Shown here one piece after another: positions 48,665 to 58,985 of a stretch of 64,000 bases of DNA. The stretch comes from an uncultured bacterium. Its GTDB lineage: Bacteria; Krumholzibacteriota; Krumholzibacteriia; LZORAL124-64-63. Below the pieces are notes generated by a model. That model was given only the letters and a program-made list of their open reading frames with translations, was not told the origin of the DNA and made no database searches. The first letter of the stretch is position 1. Each line of letters opens with the position of its first letter. Both the position numbers and the translations under genes were made by a program. The stretch spans positions 1,440,001 through 1,504,000 of the forward strand of contig CAVSGO010000007.1 in the NCBI GenBank assembly GCA_963727525.1. Reading direction: 5' to 3'.

Positions 48665-49651
48665 TCAGGCTCCACTGGCCCAGCGCAGGTAGTCCTCGAG
48701 ACTCGCCGACGGCGACTCGAGCACCGCACGCAGATCGGGCGCCATCCTCGCCTCCGGGGGCTGCGTGCCGTAGGGGCGATCGAGATAGCTTATCGATTCC
48801 AGGCTGGTTTGCGCATCGAGCAGGCTGACCCAGTGACTGCCCAGCGGACGCGACTGGAAGTAGAAATAGTGGCCGCGGTCCGCATCCGCCTCCGACGTCA
48901 TGCGCACACTCCAGATCCGGGACAGCGCGCGGCCAAGGTATCGCTCCGTGAGGTCGAGCCAGAAACAGCTCTCCCGCCCCCCGGCGTCCCCGATCGCGTG
49001 CGCGAGGGGATAGCGAAGTCCGCCCCGGAACGCGCGCGCGTCGCCACGCTTGGCCGGCGCGAGCGTCTCGACGAGAGCCTGGAACACCGTGAACGCCCTG
49101 CTGGCGTCCGCCGCGCCGGCGTCACCGCACAAGGCTGCGGGATCGACCCGCGTGGCCACGTATTGCCGGTAACCGCCAAGGAGCACAGCGTCATCCGGTC
49201 GCGGCAGCGCCGCCAGCGACTGCATGCGCCCACGCAGATCGGCCCGCGTTTCGCTTCCCACGATCGCCGCGAGCGAGCCTGCGATCTGCTCCTGCAGCGC
49301 ACTCATCCGCAGCATGTTCAGCACCGCCGATGACGCCCCGCCGCGCACGCTGGCAAACACCGCGAACGGGTGCTTGCGACCCGCGGCATCGCCGCTCGGA
49401 CAGATCACGCCCGCGAGCCGGCGGTCGTCGCCGACCTCCCACAGAAACCGCAACCACGGGAAGTCCATCAGCCGCCGATCGCAATCCTGGCCGAATCGCG
49501 CCTTCGCCAGCCCGATCCCTTCGCCGATCCACAGGTCGAACTGGGATTCGCCGAACCCCGGGGCATCCTCGACGATGAACTCGCGGCTCAGCGGCAGCTT
49601 GCCGAAGCAACCGAAACCCATGATCTCGTAAGCTGCGCCACCGGGACTCAT
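48665..49651 (-). CDS. tagF: T6SS-associated TagF-like protein
   Basis: GCFGKLP...EFI, GV..PS.D..GR..PF; ATGA overlap with the tssM stop. Confidence 0.85.
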   Translation of the reverse strand: MSPGGAAYEIMGFGCFGKLPLSREFIVEDAPGFGESQFDLWIGEGIGLAKARFGQDCDRRLMDFPWLRFLWEVGDDRRLAGVICPSGDAAGRKHPFAVFASVRGGASSAVLNMLRMSALQEQIAGSLAAIVGSETRADLRGRMQSLAALPRPDDAVLLGGYRQYVATRVDPAALCGDAGAADASRAFTVFQALVETLAPAKRGDARAFRGGLRYPLAHAIGDAGGRESCFWLDLTERYLGRALSRIWSVRMTSEADADRGHYFYFQSRPLGSHWVSLLDAQTSLESISYLDRPYGTQPPEARMAPDLRAVLESPSASLEDYLRWASGA

Positions 49652-52600
49652 TGGGATACCGACTCCTGGATCGAGAACGAGCGAAATATCGAGCCGCGCA
49701 GGAAGAACGGATCCACGTCCTCGAACGGCGTGAGCGTGAACTCGACCGCAACGCCCTGATCGGGGAACGTCCACGTCACCACCCGGACAGCGTTCTGCGC
49801 GTCGATCTGGTCGGCAGCATCGAAGAGCTTGCAGATGTCCCAGACCGACTCCTTGAACTGGAGACTCGCCACCGTTTCCGGCGGGTTCGAGCGCTGTAGC
49901 GCCAGCCCGCACGTCAGATCCGGATCGTCGCTGCGCCAGGTGTAGCTCTTCTCCCTCTTATTCATGTAGTCGACCAGCTCGCCGCCGTTGATCGTCAGCA
50001 CGACCTTGTCGATCTTCCGCCAATTCGCGTCGCCCCGCGGGGTGCCATCGGAGCGAACCCCGCGCGCCATGAGGGTGAAGCGCGCCTGGAATCCGCTGTC
50101 CGTCATCCGGAGGTCTTTCTGGAGGTCCTGCGCCTTCTCGATGACGGCGTTGGCCCGGCGCCCCGGATTGCCGCCGTTGCCGACCATGAAGCTGTGGAAC
50201 GCGGCCATCTTGCCGTTCGGCCCGAGGAGCCCGATCACGTCCATGGGATCGGCGTTCTTGCCGCCGATACGGAAGGGGTAATACGGTGCAAGCTGCTCCG
50301 CGTAGAGACGATACGTGTCGGTCCAGTGCTGTTGCAGGTCGCGTTGCCGGGCGCTGCGCGAGTGCGCCACGATCACACGACTCGCGGTATCCAGCGGCGT
50401 CTCCAGCAACCCGGAGATGGCGGCGGCGAGCTGGCCCTTGCGATCGGCCTCGAAGTTCTCCACCCAATTCTTGGCGTCGAGCACGGCGTTCTGTTTCGGC
50501 GTGGTGCCACCTTCCTTGCAGGCGTAAACCTCGCTCTGCACGTCGGCGAGCAGGTCGCCGTATTTGCCGGCCGGCGTCTGCTCACTGCCCTCGGGGCTCG
50601 CGAACAGCGTCGTCAGCGGTTCGAGCTGCTTGGCGATGCTCTTGATCGCCTCCGGTTGCGTCGCGCCCTTGTCCAGGCCGCCCGCCAGCGGATCGGCCGC
50701 CGACGCCGCCTGGCGCAGCATACGGAAGAGCGGCGACTCGGAGGTCGACTTCAGCTTGCGCAGGTCCTGATCGTAGTCGTCGCAGCTCTCATAGCTCCTC
50801 GCCAGACGCACGGAATCGAGGAAGCGCGTCCACTCCTGGACATAGCCCACCATGTACAGGCTCAGCAGATCGTCTGCGGACGGAACGCGGCCCGTGGGCT
50901 CCCCGCCAGCGAGCGTGATGATCGCGTTGTCCGCGTCGACGGTGTCCTTGACGTTGCGGATCTCCCGCCCCACGTACTCTCGCCACCCGTCGCGCGAGTA
51001 GCCGAAGCGCACGTCCTCGCTCGCCGCGAGGATGTCCTGGCCCGGAACCAGCGCCGACAGCGTGAGGTCGTCCTGCTCCTGGCTCGCCCCGACGATGATG
51101 CCCCGGAAGAACTCCTGCGTCTCGTGGGTGTCGCTGAGTCGACGCGCACCGCGCCCGAGTTCGCGCGACCGTTCGAGACCCGGCAACGGCCGCTCGAGTG
51201 CGAGAAATTCGGCCGCCATGGCCTTCAGCTCCCGATCGATCGCCTTGCTACTCTCCTGACCATTCAGGATGTAGGGTCGCAGGCCGGCGGCCAGGTCGGC
51301 GGCGTCCCAGCCGATCGCGTCGTGCTTCGCGGGCATCAGGAGCATCAGCTCGGTCCGCAGCGCGCTACGCACCTTGCTGGCCGGCAGCCCTCCGGACCCA
51401 TCGAGATCGCTGGCGATCGCGCGCTCCGCCGGTCCGAGGATGCGTTCCGTGATGGCCCGGTAGTAGACGTCCTGTGCCGCGCGATGGACCGCATCCGTCA
51501 CGATCAGGGGGAACGACCGCCATGACCCCTGGATCCGCTCACGCAGGGTATCCAGACGCGTGAGTTCCTCCACGGGTGTCGCCTGCGAGGAGGGCTCCAT
51601 CAACTCCTCGGCGATGTGCTGCGTGCGGTCCATCCGCGTCCGTAGCCGCACGTAGGAGGTGCCGATCCACACGCACCCGAGGAGGCCGAGCGCGAGGAAC
51701 CCCGCCGACACGAACAGAGCGAGCCGCGACCGTTTGCGCGCTGACACGCTGGTCAGCCGCACGAGGTCGCGATCGGTCTTCAGAACCTTGGCAAACAGGT
51801 CGCGGACGAAGTACGCATCGTCCTTCGGCTCCTGCTCGGCGACCGCAGACGCATCCGCCCGGGCGCCCAGCATCTCGTGGATCTTGCGTACGACCAGATC
51901 GAACGGCTTGCCCTCCTGCATGCCGCTCGAGAAGTAGGTGCCCCGGAAGATCGGCACGTCGCGACGATAGGGATTGGCCTCGAACAGGGTCTCGACGAAA
52001 AGGACCAGCCGATCCTTGAGATTGCCGTACTCCTCGGGAAACATGAAGACCCGGCCCCAGTTCTCGCTTCGCGAGACCGCGGACATGCGGCCCGGGCGCA
52101 TGGCCCGCAGATTCGCGATCAGCAGGTCGAACTCGCCGGCAAACCGTACCGCCGCATCCTGATCACCCTCCGGCTTCGGCGTGTAGACCGCGCCCCAGAC
52201 CTGGTAGCGATCGACCGGCGACAGGCGCTCGAAGTATTCCGCGAATCCCGCAACCAGGTCGCACTTGGTGAAGAGCACGTAGACCGGGAAATTCCAGCCG
52301 AGACGGTCGAGGATCTCGTCCATGCGCTGACGCAGGTCGCGCGCGCTGTTGATGAGAGCCATCTCGTCCTTCTCGTACAGATCCTCCATGCTGTAGGCGA
52401 GAATGAGCCCGTCGATCGGCCCGTGCTTACGATATGTCTTCAGCATGTCGAGGAACGCGAACCACTCGGCCTCGGTCTCGCTACGATCCACACCCTCGGC
52501 GTATCGGCCGGCGGTATCGAGCAGGATGGCGTCGGAGGAGAACCACCAGTCGCAGTTGCGCGTCCCACCGGAGCCCCGCATCAGCTTCGCCGTCGTCATG

Positions 52601-53037
52601 CCGGGAAAGTTGAGGCCGGAGTTCTTGATCGCCGTGGTCTTGCCGATGGCCGGCGGACCGATGATCAGGTACCACGGCAGGGTATAGAGCGCCTTCTTGC
52701 CCTGCGGGCCCTGCTTCAGGAGCGCCAGCGCCTCCGCGAGATTGCGCTGCAGAGCTTCCACGTTGGATCGGTTCGCCGGCGCGGCCTGCTCGACGCCCGC
52801 CTGGGCCTGGCCCATGATCCCGTCCTCGATCGCCTTGGCGCGCCGCCGTTCCACCATCCACTTCACACCGAGGAACACGGCCCAGGCCACGATCACGACG
52901 ACGACGGCCAGCACGATGGCCCAGCGCGGGATCACGCGCAGGAAGGGGAACCGCGCCCGCGCCATCATGAGGGCGATGACGATGACCAGGAGCACTCCGA
53001 AGGGAGCGAGGGTCTTCTTGAGGATCGCGAAGAACAT
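49648..53037 (-). CDS. tssM: T6SS membrane complex TssM (IcmF)
   Basis: LYTLPWYLIIG...GKTT, TRNCDWWF, LLDTAGRY, FPVYVLFTKCDL.AGF.EYF, RG.YF.S..Q.G. Confidence 0.96.
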   Translation of the reverse strand: MFFAILKKTLAPFGVLLVIVIALMMARARFPFLRVIPRWAIVLAVVVVIVAWAVFLGVKWMVERRRAKAIEDGIMGQAQAGVEQAAPANRSNVEALQRNLAEALALLKQGPQGKKALYTLPWYLIIGPPAIGKTTAIKNSGLNFPGMTTAKLMRGSGGTRNCDWWFSSDAILLDTAGRYAEGVDRSETEAEWFAFLDMLKTYRKHGPIDGLILAYSMEDLYEKDEMALINSARDLRQRMDEILDRLGWNFPVYVLFTKCDLVAGFAEYFERLSPVDRYQVWGAVYTPKPEGDQDAAVRFAGEFDLLIANLRAMRPGRMSAVSRSENWGRVFMFPEEYGNLKDRLVLFVETLFEANPYRRDVPIFRGTYFSSGMQEGKPFDLVVRKIHEMLGARADASAVAEQEPKDDAYFVRDLFAKVLKTDRDLVRLTSVSARKRSRLALFVSAGFLALGLLGCVWIGTSYVRLRTRMDRTQHIAEELMEPSSQATPVEELTRLDTLRERIQGSWRSFPLIVTDAVHRAAQDVYYRAITERILGPAERAIASDLDGSGGLPASKVRSALRTELMLLMPAKHDAIGWDAADLAAGLRPYILNGQESSKAIDRELKAMAAEFLALERPLPGLERSRELGRGARRLSDTHETQEFFRGIIVGASQEQDDLTLSALVPGQDILAASEDVRFGYSRDGWREYVGREIRNVKDTVDADNAIITLAGGEPTGRVPSADDLLSLYMVGYVQEWTRFLDSVRLARSYESCDDYDQDLRKLKSTSESPLFRMLRQAASAADPLAGGLDKGATQPEAIKSIAKQLEPLTTLFASPEGSEQTPAGKYGDLLADVQSEVYACKEGGTTPKQNAVLDAKNWVENFEADRKGQLAAAISGLLETPLDTASRVIVAHSRSARQRDLQQHWTDTYRLYAEQLAPYYPFRIGGKNADPMDVIGLLGPNGKMAAFHSFMVGNGGNPGRRANAVIEKAQDLQKDLRMTDSGFQARFTLMARGVRSDGTPRGDANWRKIDKVVLTINGGELVDYMNKREKSYTWRSDDPDLTCGLALQRSNPPETVASLQFKESVWDICKLFDAADQIDAQNAVRVVTWTFPDQGVAVEFTLTPFEDVDPFFLRGSIFRSFSIQESVSQ

Positions 53038-53038
53038 C

Positions 53039-53719
53039 CTAATCCCCCCCCAGCGCCCGTACGATGTGCGCCGCGTGCCGGTCCAGCAGGTTCCAGCTCA
53101 GGAGCCAGAGCACGATCGGCACGAGTACGGAAACGAGCACCACCGCGGGCCAGGGAAACCGTTTGATCGGCTGCAGGCGTCCGCCCTCGGGCACTGGCAG
53201 CCCGTCCGGCGCAAGGACGGACATCCGGGTGCCGATCTCGTGGGACAGCTCGTTGACGAGGTCGGCGTGCTCGCGTTCGGATTCGATGAGGCGCCCCCGG
53301 AAACCGGAGATCAGGCAGTAGTAGAACACCTCCACGACCTCGAGACGAGGCGGCACCGCCCGGCGCACTTCCGCGAGCTTGTCGAAGAAGCCGTCGCCGA
53401 CGAACTCGTCGTTGCAGTAGTGCTTGGCCAGAGCATCCGCCTGCCATTCGCCGCGACCGTTCCACGTCGCCGTGAGCAACGTCTCGTCGATGAAGGCCGC
53501 CATGGCGTAGCTTGCGTCGCGGATGTCGTCATCAGCCACACCCTCGTCGCGAGCCTGGCTGCGAAACTCGTGGAACATCCGATCGACGGATCGCCGCAGA
53601 TCGGGGAAGCCGTCGAGATCGTGGCTGCGCTTGAGGACGATCGCCAGGGAGAGGAGCGAGGCCGCACTCCGGGCTAGCCGGCCCTGCCGCTGTACGTCGC
53701 GCTGTGGAGTCGAACTCAT
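53039..53719 (-). CDS. tssL: T6SS membrane protein TssL (DotU) without OmpA domain
   Basis: YA..AF.DE, W....L, G..FF..L, EV.Y.CL..GF.G, C-terminal TM. Confidence 0.93.
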   Translation of the reverse strand: MSSTPQRDVQRQGRLARSAASLLSLAIVLKRSHDLDGFPDLRRSVDRMFHEFRSQARDEGVADDDIRDASYAMAAFIDETLLTATWNGRGEWQADALAKHYCNDEFVGDGFFDKLAEVRRAVPPRLEVVEVFYYCLISGFRGRLIESEREHADLVNELSHEIGTRMSVLAPDGLPVPEGGRLQPIKRFPWPAVVLVSVLVPIVLWLLSWNLLDRHAAHIVRALGGD

Positions 53720-55104
53720 GCGCCTCCCTCCAGCCCGAGCAGCTCGAACTGCGCTGCCAGGAGATTCCGCGGGATGTCCATCGCCAGCGCTCGGCCCGCC
53801 GCGATGGCTTCCCAGTCCTTCTGCGCCTCGGCCGTGCTGCCGCGGGTGTCGAGCTGATAGTACCACGTGTTCCGGCGGCGCGGGATCGCCGGCGGCGGCA
53901 CCGTCACCAGCTGCAGCGGCAGTCCGCGCAGATTCATGCTGAGCTTCTGCTCGATTCGATCTGGACTCGCCACGATGATGCGCTTCGCGCTCTCCAGGAC
54001 ATCGCGTTCCCCGATGCTCTCGCTAGCGATCGAGAGATAGAGCCCCGCCGTGGGTTGCAGGAGCGCGTCCTTCTCGATCTGCGCCTGGAATCGGCCCTCG
54101 CCCGTCGTCGTGAGCGGGATCACGACATAGCCGTGGCTCGCCCCGCTCTCCAGCAGCTCCACGATCATCCGCTGCAGTTCCGCGAAGACCGGCCCCGCAT
54201 CCTCGTGCACGTACGCGGGCACGTCGCGCGGATGCATGCGGCGCGCATTGAACGTCGCGAGCTGCCCCACGAGGCCGGCGAGCGTCCGGTAGAGCTGCTC
54301 CGGATGGGCGGCCGGCGTCTCCCGCAGATGCGCGAGATGCGGGATGGCGCCGTTGACCACGAGGAACCGCAGGAACTCCCGGAGATTGGCCGGCGTGATG
54401 TCGCGCCCATCGGCGCCACCCTCCGTGAAGCGCTCCGCCAGGCCGGAGGAGCGCACCACCAACCGCTCGAGCAGCGCCCGCGTCAGATGCACCAGATGCG
54501 CCGAGCCTTCGATCGCGAGCAGCGGCGGCACGTAGTCATCGACGAGCTGAAAGCCGCCGGCGGCGCTCTTCGCCACCCGAGCGATGCGCAGGCACTCGAA
54601 ATTGTCGCGCGACTCGACGCCCGTGAGCAGACGGAGGTTCAGCTCCGCGCGCTGGATCGTCCGCTCGTCGCGTCCGGTGTTCTCGTCCTCGATCGCGAAA
54701 GCCTTGGCGAGGTAGCGCACCTCGGCTCGATCCTCGGAGGCATCCTCGGCGAGCCGGCAGTTCGGCCAGCCGGTGCGCCGCAGGGGCAGGCCGAGATACA
54801 CGTCGAGAGAGTCCATCCGTAAATCGAAGGAATCCCGTATGTCGATGCTCGGCGGCGCCGGATCGATGTCTGGAAAGCACACCGAGGTCCCGCCGGGCAT
54901 CACGCCGCGGCACGAGAGCACGCGCAACGTACCCGAGGCCAGGCCCTCGGGATCGATCTCCAGCGAGCGCACGCCCCACGGATGGGGAGAACCCAGCGCC
55001 GCCCGCTCCGCCAGCTCGTATTGCTGGAAGAGCCCGGCCTGCTGGAAGTGATGGGGCGTGAGAAAGAGTCCCTCGCTCCAGAGAATCCGATGGAACCGAG
55101 CCAT
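53716..55104 (-). CDS. tssK: T6SS baseplate TssK
   Basis: W.EGLFL.PHHFQQ, WG...L.ID, G.MP.G, YVPP.L, HPE.LY..L..L.G.L.TF, Y.H. Confidence 0.96.
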   Translation of the reverse strand: MARFHRILWSEGLFLTPHHFQQAGLFQQYELAERAALGSPHPWGVRSLEIDPEGLASGTLRVLSCRGVMPGGTSVCFPDIDPAPPSIDIRDSFDLRMDSLDVYLGLPLRRTGWPNCRLAEDASEDRAEVRYLAKAFAIEDENTGRDERTIQRAELNLRLLTGVESRDNFECLRIARVAKSAAGGFQLVDDYVPPLLAIEGSAHLVHLTRALLERLVVRSSGLAERFTEGGADGRDITPANLREFLRFLVVNGAIPHLAHLRETPAAHPEQLYRTLAGLVGQLATFNARRMHPRDVPAYVHEDAGPVFAELQRMIVELLESGASHGYVVIPLTTTGEGRFQAQIEKDALLQPTAGLYLSIASESIGERDVLESAKRIIVASPDRIEQKLSMNLRGLPLQLVTVPPPAIPRRRNTWYYQLDTRGSTAEAQKDWEAIAAGRALAMDIPRNLLAAQFELLGLEGGA

Positions 55105-55152
55105 GCCGAGGGCCTCCTGTCCGATGCCGACCGCGTACCGCCGAATCCGTGC

Positions 55153-55614
55153 TCAGTCCTGGGTCACCACGATGCAATCGTCGAGCACCCTCACGCCGAT
55201 CTTCAGCTTGGCGCCGTCCTCGACCGGAATCTTGGTGCGCGCGCAGGGTTTGGCGTCGGCAAAACCCGCGGCGATGACGATCCACCGGATCTGCGGGTCG
55301 TAGTTGCTCATGTCGATCATATGCGCCTGATCACCTGGATAGAGCGGGAACACTTCCTTGTGGACGATGCCCGGCTGCGAGACGCCGTTCGGGTCGGCGA
55401 GCTGGATGTTGTCGATGTTGTTGAGTGCGGATTCCTGGCTGAGGAAATAGGCACCGACCCAGGCCGGCTGGTTCAGATCCGCAGGTCGATCCAGGTTGAT
55501 GCGGATGTAACGGCCGCCACACCCGGCCAGCCCCAGCAGGCAGACGCCAAGCAGGCAGAGTCGAAGCCGACACGCGGCCGCACGACGCCCCTCATTCATA
55601 CTGACTCCCGGCAT
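55153..55614 (-). CDS. Lipoprotein in the tssJ position, probable divergent TssJ
   Basis: Lipobox LAGC; DLN...V..Y.L, L.PG, R.I.I.A.F pattern; TGATG coupling to the upstream gene; precedes tssK. Confidence 0.65.
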   Translation of the reverse strand: MPGVSMNEGRRAAACRLRLCLLGVCLLGLAGCGGRYIRINLDRPADLNQPAWVGAYFLSQESALNNIDNIQLADPNGVSQPGIVHKEVFPLYPGDQAHMIDMSNYDPQIRWIVIAAGFADAKPCARTKIPVEDGAKLKIGVRVLDDCIVVTQD

Positions 55615-56498
55615 CAAGGCTCCTCCTCCATCTTGTCGCGGTAGGCACGCTCGAACCGACCACGGTAGTAATGGTCGATATTGCGATCGAACTGATTCCA
55701 GAACTCCTCGAAGCGTCGTTCCAGCTCCTTGACCATGGCAGGGTACTTCAGGATGCTCGTCTTCGCCGACTTCGGGTCGAGGTGCTCGAGGACTTCGCGG
55801 GTGCCGCCCTTCCACGACTGCTGCGCTCCGGCCATCAGCGCGCCGGGCAGGATCTGCAGCAACCGTAGCTGCCGCTGCACCGCGTCCATCTCCTGCCGGG
55901 AAAGCGCCTCGCCCGCCGCCAGACGGGGCAAGAGTGTCCCCAGGCTCCGCTGCGCATCGCTCGGCGAGCCCTTCCCGACGGTGTCCTGAACGGACCTCGC
56001 CGTCACCTCCTGGTTGAAGGCGAAGGCGAAGAGGAGCACCGCGACATCGACCAACATGCCCTGCGCGGCCGGCGACAGGTCCCTGGTCCGGGGCGCGCCA
56101 GCGCCATCGCGGGACGGCAACGGACCGGCGGCGGCGCCCGCGAGGCGTGCCATGTGGTCGTCGGCGAGGGCCCCCCGTTGCTGGAGCCGGTCGCGTTGCG
56201 CCGTGAGCTGCGCCACCTGGTCCTCGAGCGCGGCCAGGCGCTCCGTCATGTCCTGGTTCGAGCGATCCGTCTCGAAGACCCGGTCGGGGAACCGGTCGCG
56301 CAGCTTGCGCACCAGCTCGTGGATCTCGTCCCGGGTGAGACCCGCCGCATGCTCGTGGATGGCCAGGCGCAGCACAGCCTTGCGCTGGTCCTCGGTTGCG
56401 AACTCGCTGCTCCCCAGGACGGCACGCAGTTTCTGCGCCAGCGACCTGACGGTGAGACCGCGCTCGGCGGCCGTCCGCATTGCTGTCACCGTCTTCAT
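55614..56498 (-). CDS. Coiled-coil protein with Fha/TagH C-terminal-like domain, no FHA domain
   Basis: ALMAG.Q......VL..LDP ... F...AY C-terminal pattern (ALMAGAQQ...LEHLDP...YYRGRFERAY). Confidence 0.6.
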   Translation of the reverse strand: MKTVTAMRTAAERGLTVRSLAQKLRAVLGSSEFATEDQRKAVLRLAIHEHAAGLTRDEIHELVRKLRDRFPDRVFETDRSNQDMTERLAALEDQVAQLTAQRDRLQQRGALADDHMARLAGAAAGPLPSRDGAGAPRTRDLSPAAQGMLVDVAVLLFAFAFNQEVTARSVQDTVGKGSPSDAQRSLGTLLPRLAAGEALSRQEMDAVQRQLRLLQILPGALMAGAQQSWKGGTREVLEHLDPKSAKTSILKYPAMVKELERRFEEFWNQFDRNIDHYYRGRFERAYRDKMEEEP

Positions 56499-58717
56499 CA
56501 CGGCTTGGCCTCCCGGGGTGGGAACACCATCGTCTGGTCGAGATTGTCGGGCATGGTCCGGGTCTGGCCCGACCGGGCGGCTTCCTCGAGGTCGGCGAGG
56601 AAGTCGTCGCACACCGCCTGCACGCTCGCATTTCTACCCGCCGACCCGATCAGCGAACCGCGCGCGCGCTCGGCGAGTTCCTCGAGTTCCTGCACCACCG
56701 TCTGCAACGGTTGCGCCGGGTCGGCCGGATCGAAGTCGTCCTGCGCGCCACAGATGCTCCAGCCCGCCACGTTCGACGCCATGCGCAGGGCGAGCAGGAG
56801 CGCATCATTCCAGAGGCTCGCCGGGATGGCGGCGTCGACGGCGTCGCGATCGATGGCCCGGTACAAGACCTCGCGCGCGCCGGACGCGATCCCGGCCGAC
56901 TGCAGGGCCGCCTGCAGCCGCGCATACTCCGCGCTCACCCCACCGCCGCCCGGGGTGGCCACCGCAACGGCGAGCTCGCCTGCCAGGCGCGTGTCCACCT
57001 GGCTCAGATCCTGACCGTCGTTCGCCAGGAGGACCCGCAGCATCACCAGGCCCAGGCTCATGACGTCGGCCGGCGCCGCGAAGACATGCACCAGGGTCAC
57101 CTCGACGTTGGTCGACGTCGCGAGGTCGGTCGACTTCAACGCGGCGCACGTATCCGCGGACAGGGCGCCCGCCGTGCCGGTGAACCGAAAGCCTCCGGCG
57201 ACCGACGCCGTCTTGCGGCCAGAAAACACGATGCGCTGGTTGGCCGCGGACCCGACCACGAGCACCACGCGCACGAGATCGCGATTTCCATGGTCGGCGG
57301 CGCGATAGAGATCCGGAGCCGTCAGCCGCGCGGTGAACTGCGCGCGCCACTTGCCGGACGTCTCCTTCACATCAAGGTTCTCGAGCGCGAGGCGCATCGA
57401 GAGATGCTCGATCTGCGGCCGCCCCATCGCGGCGGGCAGGTAGGCTTCGGGGCACGGATAGGGAAGCCCGGCGACACCTGGTTCGCCCTCGATGCGATCG
57501 ACATCCAGCTCGAGGGGCCGCGCCGTGGTGAGCAGGTCTGCGATCTCCACCGCCAGCCCCCAGCGCACCGGTACGATGGCCGGACCGGGCAAGAGCCGGG
57601 CGCGCAGACGATCGGGCGTGAGGGCCAGATGCGGGTCGCCCGTCGCCTCCAGCAAGTCCTGCGCGCCGCGCGCGAGATCGGTCATGGCCGCCAGCTTGAG
57701 GTAGAGCGCCTCCAGGGCCGATAGACCGGTGGCGTCGCCCTCGAAGTAGACCTGACGACCGGCCTCCCCGAACGCAGCCAGCGCCTCGCGCCGCAGCGGC
57801 ACGTCGCGCGCGGATTCTCGCGTGGCGTCGTTCAACCCGTCCGGATCGGCACCGCCGAGGAACGCCACCGCCTCGTGGAACCCGAGGGGCGCGGGCTCCA
57901 GGGGAATCCAGTGGAAATCGTAGTAGGCGAGCGGAAAGAGCAGATCCTCCGCCGGCACGCGATCGTCGACGTGACGGTTCGCGGGATAGCACGCCGCCCG
58001 ATGTTCGCACCGGAAGCACGGATGCCGCTCGGCCGCATCCTCGCGCGCCGCCGCTTCGGAACCCGCGATGACGGCACCGAGATCCCGGTACAGCTCCGAT
58101 CGCCGCCGCACCGAGATGCCGTCGGCGATTCGCTCGAACCGCCGCAGCGAGAACGTGTAGAACACGGGCGCGCGGCCCTTCCCCTGGGAGCACGTCGGAC
58201 AGGTCAGGAACCGCACGAGGCCGTTCTCGTACGACGGCAAGCCGCTGCGCCGCAGGAGATTCTCGTCGCGGCAGGTGTGCATGACACCGAGGCACGCCGG
58301 GCAGAGGGGCGTGATGTACGCGCCGGTCTTGCGGCACCACGCCAGCGGCGCATGGCTCGGCAAGTCGCCATCGCTCGCCGAGGCCGGCAAGGCCCGCCTC
58401 TCGAGCTGCGCGACGGAGCGCGATGCGGTGCGCTGGTAGCGGCGGAACCCCTCCCGCCAGATGCGCTCGATGGAGAGGTTTCCGATAGCCGGCGAGCCCG
58501 CGGTACGCGACCCCGGGTACTCGTTCGGCTCCATCAGGATCGTGACGTGCGGCACGAACACCCGACCGTCCACCTCCACCGACGCGAGATAGGCGCGCAG
58601 CGGATGAGCGTCGGCCAGCAGGCGGATGAAGGGATCCGTCGGCATGGACCCATCCGCGGCAGAATCGGCCCGGACGTGCAACCGGATGGGCGAGGGAAAA
58701 TCCTTGTCGGCAGGCAT
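56498..58717 (-). CDS. Uncharacterised Cys-cluster protein with degenerate kinase-like motifs
   Basis: CPAC, CPTC, CFRC..R..C; HLALTP and DVMSLG motifs; GGGAG RBS; coupled to the next gene by TGATG. Confidence 0.75.
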   Translation of the reverse strand: MPADKDFPSPIRLHVRADSAADGSMPTDPFIRLLADAHPLRAYLASVEVDGRVFVPHVTILMEPNEYPGSRTAGSPAIGNLSIERIWREGFRRYQRTASRSVAQLERRALPASASDGDLPSHAPLAWCRKTGAYITPLCPACLGVMHTCRDENLLRRSGLPSYENGLVRFLTCPTCSQGKGRAPVFYTFSLRRFERIADGISVRRRSELYRDLGAVIAGSEAAAREDAAERHPCFRCEHRAACYPANRHVDDRVPAEDLLFPLAYYDFHWIPLEPAPLGFHEAVAFLGGADPDGLNDATRESARDVPLRREALAAFGEAGRQVYFEGDATGLSALEALYLKLAAMTDLARGAQDLLEATGDPHLALTPDRLRARLLPGPAIVPVRWGLAVEIADLLTTARPLELDVDRIEGEPGVAGLPYPCPEAYLPAAMGRPQIEHLSMRLALENLDVKETSGKWRAQFTARLTAPDLYRAADHGNRDLVRVVLVVGSAANQRIVFSGRKTASVAGGFRFTGTAGALSADTCAALKSTDLATSTNVEVTLVHVFAAPADVMSLGLVMLRVLLANDGQDLSQVDTRLAGELAVAVATPGGGGVSAEYARLQAALQSAGIASGAREVLYRAIDRDAVDAAIPASLWNDALLLALRMASNVAGWSICGAQDDFDPADPAQPLQTVVQELEELAERARGSLIGSAGRNASVQAVCDDFLADLEEAARSGQTRTMPDNLDQTMVFPPREAKP

Positions 58718-58880
58718 GGAGCTCCCGGAGATAACGGCACCAAGGCGCATGCGCGCGCAACCGGAGACGGATAGCGAGATTAGAACAAACGAAGACTGGA
58801 CCCGTCAAGGGGCCAGGCGGATCGATGACGGGCGACCCGAAACGGAGCGTCGCGAAGCCAAGCGCGCCATTTCCTGGGAG

Positions 58881-58909
58881 TTGCAACCGCTCCATCGTGG
58901 CGATACACT
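58881..58909 (+). promoter_or_regulatory. Putative sigma-70 promoter of the FHA gene pair
   Basis: TTGCAA-N17-TACACT. Confidence 0.55.
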
Positions 58910-58985
58910 GGGGCGGGGTCGTGTCATGCTCGGGACATCGACGGCATGCACCGCGACGAACGGGTCCACATCAGGGGCGGGTACC

